From NCBI GenBank assembly GCA_005776395.1, contig SXPJ01000103.1, positions 64,695 to 128,694 of the forward strand: DNA of 64,000 bases. The letters are read 5' to 3'. The notes below the pieces were generated by a model. That model worked only from the letters and a program-made list of their open reading frames with translations. It did not search any database and was not told where the DNA came from. This DNA is from Bdellovibrionales bacterium (GTDB lineage Bacteria; Bdellovibrionota; FAC87; UBA2466). The stretch's first letter is position 1. Every line of letters begins with the position of its first letter. Below, piece after piece: positions 59,317 to 64,000 of this stretch. The translations under genes and the position numbers were made by a program.

Positions 59317-60438
59317 ATGTTTGTTAAAAAATTTGAGGCGCCCTCTTTGGAGCAGGCCCTGAAGATGGTGAAATCTGAAATGGGGCCTGAAGCACTTATT
59401 TTATCAACTCAAGAAAAACGCAATGGCAAATTATTTAGTCGAAGGACTATTGAAGTAACTGCGGCATCTGAGAAGAAGAAGATAGAAAAAAAACAAATAG
59501 TAACTAGACAGCCAGAAACTAGAGACGAGTCTATTGTGAAAATTGATCTTGAGGATGTTTTCCCTGGCAGGAATAGGGATGTCGAAAAATACAAGGCCGT
59601 TGTGGCTAAAGAGGCTACAGCTCTTAAGCAGGTTAAGGCCGAAAGATATATTGAAATTGATTCTGAAAAGATTTCGAATTCTCAACTCTACGTAGCCAAA
59701 GAGAGAATTGAAAATGTTAAGTATGAATCTATCTTTAAACATTTGGGAATAACGTCCGAGCGCTCAACGGAACTTTCTAAACGCATGATCTCTGACTTTC
59801 CAAGAGCCGAACTGATTGATCCCCAATTTTTTAATAAAGCTAAAACCAAAGTGCTTAGCCAGGGGATTAGAACTTTATCTCCTGGAGAATTTTTTAAGAA
59901 AAAGGCTTGGGTTCCTATTGGAGTTACGGGCTCTGGTAAGACCACATTACTTGTAAAAATGGCTATTGCGGCTAGAGAATATGAAAAGAGTGTTTCTTTG
60001 ATAAGTATGGATAACCGTAAGTTTTCAGGAAGAAGTGAGTTGGCTGGCTATGCGAGACTTATCAAGGTTCCATTTTTTACTGAGATTAATCAGGCAAGTT
60101 CTGAGAAATTGAGATTAATTGACTCTCCAGCATTGAGTCTAGGAGAGAAGAGTAATTCAGTTTTGGAGAAGCTCTGTGTAGAGAGAGCTCCCATAATTGT
60201 TCTTGATGTCTCTTCAAGACTTTCTGAACTCATGAGACAAATTGATAAAGCGATGATGTTTCATCCTGAAGCTATTGCCTTTACCAAGGTGGATAATGTT
60301 GAGGAATGTGGCGTCATTTACGATGTTTTAAAAGCTACGCAATTGCCCTTAGTGGGATTGTCTGTCTCCTCTTCATTTAAAACGAAGTTTAAATTTTTAA
60401 CTCCAGTCGAATTGGCTCAGTTTCTAGTAAAGGAATAA
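59317..60438 (+). CDS. flhF: flagellar biosynthesis GTPase FlhF (SRP-type)
   Basis: MFVKKFEAPSLEQAL N-terminus and GVTGSGKTTLLVKMA G1 motif. Start chosen at ATG 59317, which has GGAGG 8 nt upstream. Confidence 0.85.
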   Translation: MFVKKFEAPSLEQALKMVKSEMGPEALILSTQEKRNGKLFSRRTIEVTAASEKKKIEKKQIVTRQPETRDESIVKIDLEDVFPGRNRDVEKYKAVVAKEATALKQVKAERYIEIDSEKISNSQLYVAKERIENVKYESIFKHLGITSERSTELSKRMISDFPRAELIDPQFFNKAKTKVLSQGIRTLSPGEFFKKKAWVPIGVTGSGKTTLLVKMAIAAREYEKSVSLISMDNRKFSGRSELAGYARLIKVPFFTEINQASSEKLRLIDSPALSLGEKSNSVLEKLCVERAPIIVLDVSSRLSELMRQIDKAMMFHPEAIAFTKVDNVEECGVIYDVLKATQLPLVGLSVSSSFKTKFKFLTPVELAQFLVKE

Positions 60439-60445
60439 AAGGACG

Positions 60446-61249
60446 ATGAAAAAAGTTATTTCATATTCAAGCGGCAAAGGTGGAGTAGGAAAAACTAGTC
60501 TTGTGGCTAATATGGGGGTGTTGTGGTCTCAACAGGGAAAAAAGGTCTTGGTGGTAGATGGAGATTGGAGTTTAGGAAAAATGGCTTTAACCCTTGGGGT
60601 TAAACCTCAATGGGCAGTCAATGATGTGCTAGAGGGTAGAATTACTTTGCGAGAGGCAGTGCAAGGGGTTTCAAGCCACTTATCACTTTTAGCCTCGCCA
60701 TCGGGAATCATGGGATTTGAAGAGCTTTCTGAAATTCATAGAAATCAACTCTACTATGAAATCGATGCTCTCCAAGAGGACTACGATCTGGTTCTGATTG
60801 ATCACTCCTCTGGTGTTCATTGGGGGGTGATTCAATTTGCTGCGGCAGCCCATCAACATGTTATTGTGACAACAGCAGAGCCTACGAGTTACATGGATGC
60901 TTATGCTATAATGAAGATACTATCGCAGAGGTTTAAGATCAGAAACTTCCAGTTGATGGTCACGATGAGTCAAGATCTTTCTGAAACTCAGAAAATCATT
61001 GAAAGATTCATCGATATTACTCAAAGTCATCTGGATGTTAAAGTGCTCGAAGTGGGGCATTTTTTGTTCGAGCCTAAATTGGCTGAATCTTTGCGGCAGC
61101 AGAAACCTTTTGTATCGCTTTACACGGATATAGCTTTTACCCAGCAGCTCTCTAGAGTTTGTAAACTTCTCGAGAGAATTCCCTGTGAAAAGGGAAGTGG
61201 GTTGAAGTTTTTTTATTCCGAGAACATTAACCCAATAGCAGCGAGATAA
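60446..61249 (+). CDS. flhG: flagellar number regulator FlhG/FleN (MinD-like ATPase)
   Basis: SGKGGVGKTS deviant Walker A. Confidence 0.8.
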   Translation: MKKVISYSSGKGGVGKTSLVANMGVLWSQQGKKVLVVDGDWSLGKMALTLGVKPQWAVNDVLEGRITLREAVQGVSSHLSLLASPSGIMGFEELSEIHRNQLYYEIDALQEDYDLVLIDHSSGVHWGVIQFAAAAHQHVIVTTAEPTSYMDAYAIMKILSQRFKIRNFQLMVTMSQDLSETQKIIERFIDITQSHLDVKVLEVGHFLFEPKLAESLRQQKPFVSLYTDIAFTQQLSRVCKLLERIPCEKGSGLKFFYSENINPIAAR

Positions 61250-61251
61250 TT

Positions 61252-62022
61252 ATGGCGCCCAGTCTTAAGAAATATAAAACAGGGAAGAAAATCGATCGAC
61301 GCACAAAAGAAAAATTAATTATTGAATATGCGCCATTGATTAAATTTATAGCCCAAAAGATCGCAGTCCGTCTCCCTTCGAACATAGAGTTTGATGATCT
61401 TGTTTCAAGTGGTGTCATCGGACTAATGGACGCTATCGATAAATATGATCCCACTCGGGATAACAAGTTTAAGACCTATGCTGAATTTAGAATTCGAGGA
61501 GCTATTCTTGATGAATTAAGAGCTCAGGATTGGGTTCCAAGATCAGTCAGGGAAAAGGCTAAACAGCTAGAGAGAGTTCACGTTAAATTGGAGCAACAAC
61601 TAGGCCGTTTTCCCACCGAAGAGGAGATTATTGAAGAACTGAAAATAAATAAAGAGGAGTACTACGATCTTCTTAATCAAGTTAAATCAGTTTCAATTTT
61701 AAGTTTAGATGAAGCGGGTAGTTTTAATTCAAGTGATCGTAAAAGTATCATGAGCTTAATTGAAAGCTGCAAAATTCCTAGCCCTCTTGTTCAACTTAAT
61801 CTTAAAACTGTGAAAACGGTTATGACTGAAGCTATTGAAAACCTTCCGGAAAAACAAAGATTAGTATTGAGTCTTTATTATTATGAGGATTTGAATTTAA
61901 AGGAGATCGGTGAAGTTCTAGAGGTTACAGAAAGTCGTGTTTCTCAGCTTCATACACAGGCTATTTTGTGGCTTCGTCGCAAATTAAAAAATCACTTTGA
62001 CGAAGAATCTCAAGAGGTGTGA
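61252..62022 (+). CDS. fliA: flagellar sigma factor FliA (sigma-28)
   Basis: Sigma-70 regions 2, 3 and 4 (TYAEFRIRGAILDELR, LKEIGEVLEVTESRVSQL). Confidence 0.85.
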   Translation: MAPSLKKYKTGKKIDRRTKEKLIIEYAPLIKFIAQKIAVRLPSNIEFDDLVSSGVIGLMDAIDKYDPTRDNKFKTYAEFRIRGAILDELRAQDWVPRSVREKAKQLERVHVKLEQQLGRFPTEEEIIEELKINKEEYYDLLNQVKSVSILSLDEAGSFNSSDRKSIMSLIESCKIPSPLVQLNLKTVKTVMTEAIENLPEKQRLVLSLYYYEDLNLKEIGEVLEVTESRVSQLHTQAILWLRRKLKNHFDEESQEV

Positions 62023-62923
62023 AGTAATAGTCGTGCAATATGAAATTAAAGAATTTCTGGATTATCTAACAAGTGAGAGGGGTCTTTCGACCAATACCTC
62101 TTTGGCTTATGCTCAAGATCTTGAGCAGTTAGTTCAGTTTTGTATTATTTACAAGAGATCGATGTTAGAGGCCTCTCAAAAAGATTTGAGGGATTTTGTA
62201 GCTTACTTAAGAAAACAGGATCTTACACCTCGAACTATTGCTCGTAAGATCTCTACGCTGAAACAGTTTTATAAGTTTTTATTGAGAGAAAATAAAATTC
62301 AGAATGATCCTGCAGATCTTCTCTCTATAGTTCAAAAGACTAAGCGGTTGCCCAAACACTTAACGATTGAAGAGATCTTTAACCTTATAGCCGCCGCAGA
62401 GGGAAATACTGAGTTAGAATTGCGAGACAGAGCTCTTCTGGAAATGTGGTATGCAACAGGGGCTAGAGTCTCTGAGTTGTCTCAGTTAACGATTTCTCAG
62501 CTCGATTTTGATGAAAAGGTGGTTAAGATCAGAGGTAAGGGGGGCAAAGAGAGAATAGTGCCCTTGTCCGAAGATTCAGTTCATTGGGCAAAAAAATATC
62601 AAGAAATTCGTCATCAGTGGCTATTGCAACATAACCTGAAAGACACAAAAACTTTCTTTCTAACAAGGCTTGGAAAGGCTTATAGTCGACAGGGTATCTG
62701 GAAATTGGTAAAAAAATATGCGAAGCGGGCCAATATCTCTAGAAAAGTATGGCCACATATGATCCGCCATTCCTTTGCCACTCATGTATTGCGAGGTGGG
62801 GCTGATCTTAGGGCGGTTCAAGAACTATTGGGCCATAAGTCTATTTCAACCACTGAAATTTATACTCATCTGGCGATTGAGAACTTGAAAACCATGCAGT
62901 TGAAGTATCATCCAAGAGATTAA
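61997..62923 (+). CDS. xerD: tyrosine site-specific recombinase XerD/XerC
   Basis: R...HxxR...Y catalytic residues (HMIRHSFATH, LGHKSISTTEIYTHL). True start is probably the GTG near 62033 (VQYEIKEFLDYL). Confidence 0.8.
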   Translation: MTKNLKRCEVIVVQYEIKEFLDYLTSERGLSTNTSLAYAQDLEQLVQFCIIYKRSMLEASQKDLRDFVAYLRKQDLTPRTIARKISTLKQFYKFLLRENKIQNDPADLLSIVQKTKRLPKHLTIEEIFNLIAAAEGNTELELRDRALLEMWYATGARVSELSQLTISQLDFDEKVVKIRGKGGKERIVPLSEDSVHWAKKYQEIRHQWLLQHNLKDTKTFFLTRLGKAYSRQGIWKLVKKYAKRANISRKVWPHMIRHSFATHVLRGGADLRAVQELLGHKSISTTEIYTHLAIENLKTMQLKYHPRD

Positions 62924-63015
62924 TTCGACATTCCGTTATTGTGATTAATAAGTTTCTTTCGGGATGAGCCCCGACAACAACTTATTAGTTGAAAATTGAT
63001 TCATAAGGAGCTTCT

Positions 63016-63909
63016 ATGAAAACCAAATACTTATCTCTATTTCTTCTTTTGCCTTTTACAGCCTGTTTGAAGCAAAACTATCCTACCAGTAACAGTAGTG
63101 CTCAAAGCAATACTATCAAAGGCGCTATTGTTTTAAGAGATTGGCACGGTAAGGCTCTCGAGAAACCGGAGGGGCACGTTCTTGCTCAGTTTGTAAAACC
63201 TTCAGTTAGGGGAAAGGCTCTTAAAGAAGGGTTAAGACTTCCTGAGTTAGCCCATAAAATTTCTAGTGGCAAAGGGACAACCCAGTGTGAGGTCATTCAT
63301 GAGCCTAAAGAGCCATCCAAAGAGGTAACGAAAGATATTACCTTGAGTGTAGGAAAGGTTTCTTTTGGAACTACGACTAATGATTTGGTGCCTTTAACAG
63401 AAGGAGAAAATCATTTGTATCAATTGCTTCTACAGCCCAATTTTTCCAGTGGAATTTACTTAGCTTCAGTTGAAGGTACGGCTACGACACCTAGTTTTGC
63501 TGTGAAGACATCGATGCCCGAGAGGATGAGCCATGTAAGGGTTGCAGGACAGGATTTTGAAACTTCGGCTACGGCCTTTAGAAAAAATGAACCTCTCAAT
63601 TTGTCATGGGATGCCCCTACTGGGGATTTCGATCTCAAGATGAATCAAATGGAATTAGAAGTGATTTCTGAAAATGATAAAGAAACTATTACTTTGATTT
63701 GCGCATCGATGGAGAAGGATCTTATGGGAAACTCCTCGACTGTGAACTGGGAAATCCCAAGCAATTATCTTCAAGCTTTAGATGCAACCTCTTCAGGTTT
63801 AGCTATTCTTAAAAGAGGTCAGTGGATGAGAGCCTCTAGCCCCGATATTGGGGTTGTGAGTTTTGAAGGGGTAAGAATTTATGCTACCTCCGCGTTTATT
63901 TCCGAGTAA
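63016..63909 (+). CDS. hypothetical lipoprotein
   Basis: Signal peptide plus lipobox (LPFTAC). Confidence 0.45.
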   Translation: MKTKYLSLFLLLPFTACLKQNYPTSNSSAQSNTIKGAIVLRDWHGKALEKPEGHVLAQFVKPSVRGKALKEGLRLPELAHKISSGKGTTQCEVIHEPKEPSKEVTKDITLSVGKVSFGTTTNDLVPLTEGENHLYQLLLQPNFSSGIYLASVEGTATTPSFAVKTSMPERMSHVRVAGQDFETSATAFRKNEPLNLSWDAPTGDFDLKMNQMELEVISENDKETITLICASMEKDLMGNSSTVNWEIPSNYLQALDATSSGLAILKRGQWMRASSPDIGVVSFEGVRIYATSAFISE

Positions 63910-64000
63910 CTTAGATACCTGGCCCCGAATACTGTGTAGAGGGGATAAGGGGAGAGGGAAATCTAAGTTGTTTTCCTGGGTTTAAAGGGTAGTTGAAGTG

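Noticed and set aside
62958-63000. Extended hairpin after xerD (aataagtt-tctt-tcggg-atgag-cccga-caaca-aacttatt) as an intrinsic terminator
   Set aside because: It forms a good stem but has no T-tract after it. It could be a terminator or a protein-binding site, so it is not listed as a feature.
1-64000. CRISPR arrays, tRNA/rRNA genes, transposases or integrated phage
   Set aside because: No regularly spaced direct repeats; no tRNA-like T-arm/acceptor structures in the intergenic regions; no transposase or phage structural ORFs. xerD is the only recombinase and lies in ordinary chromosomal context.

Overview
This 64 kb window reads as a chromosomal segment from a low-GC (about 40%, judged by eye) Gram-negative bacterium. 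The gene content (EtfAB plus acyl-CoA dehydrogenase, a type IV pilus motor, a complete flagellar export locus) is compatible with a Bdellovibrio-like predator, but that is inference only. In order, the window holds: (i) the 3' end of skp and a pair of translationally coupled lipoprotein genes, one carrying a 15-bp x4 tandem repeat; (ii) a 7Fe-type ferredoxin gene; (iii) two secreted hypothetical proteins and a zinc-ribbon/polytopic membrane protein pair; (iv) a class IV aminotransferase gene convergent with etfA-etfB-ACAD across a palindromic terminator; (v) gpmI; (vi) pilB-pilT-pilC followed by an orphan PilS-like kinase, an OMP-like gene and a JAMM/MPN-motif gene; (vii) an exopolysaccharide/O-antigen-type cluster of about 18 kb (GT4, heparinase II/III-like, MDR-Gfo/Idh/MocA bi-domain oxidoreductase, CgeB-like, Wzc tyrosine autokinase with a YYYY tail, Wza-like SLBB protein, Wzy-like, GT2, rmlC, asnB-like, M23 peptidase, SDR epimerase); (viii) an unusual Mla/MCE-type ABC transporter with two different ATPases, two different permeases, one MCE protein and a small OMP; (ix) a second sensor kinase, a MiaE-like diiron protein, a type IV pilin and a small HTH protein; (x) head-to-head inverted duplicate genes of the Avd-like four-helix-bundle ('23S rRNA intervening sequence protein') family around a 63-bp palindrome, one copy frameshifted in a G6 run; (xi) a perfect sigma-54 -24/-12 element in front of fliL-fliM-fliN-fliO-fliP-fliQ-fliR-flhB-flhA-flhF-flhG-fliA, then xerD and a lipoprotein gene. 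I found no tRNA or rRNA genes, no CRISPR array and no transposase. The most distinctive candidates for undescribed biology are the asymmetric heterodimeric Mla-like transporter, the standalone JAMM-domain protein, the inverted Avd-like gene pair, and the paired secreted proteins sharing an RRxFFGR motif.
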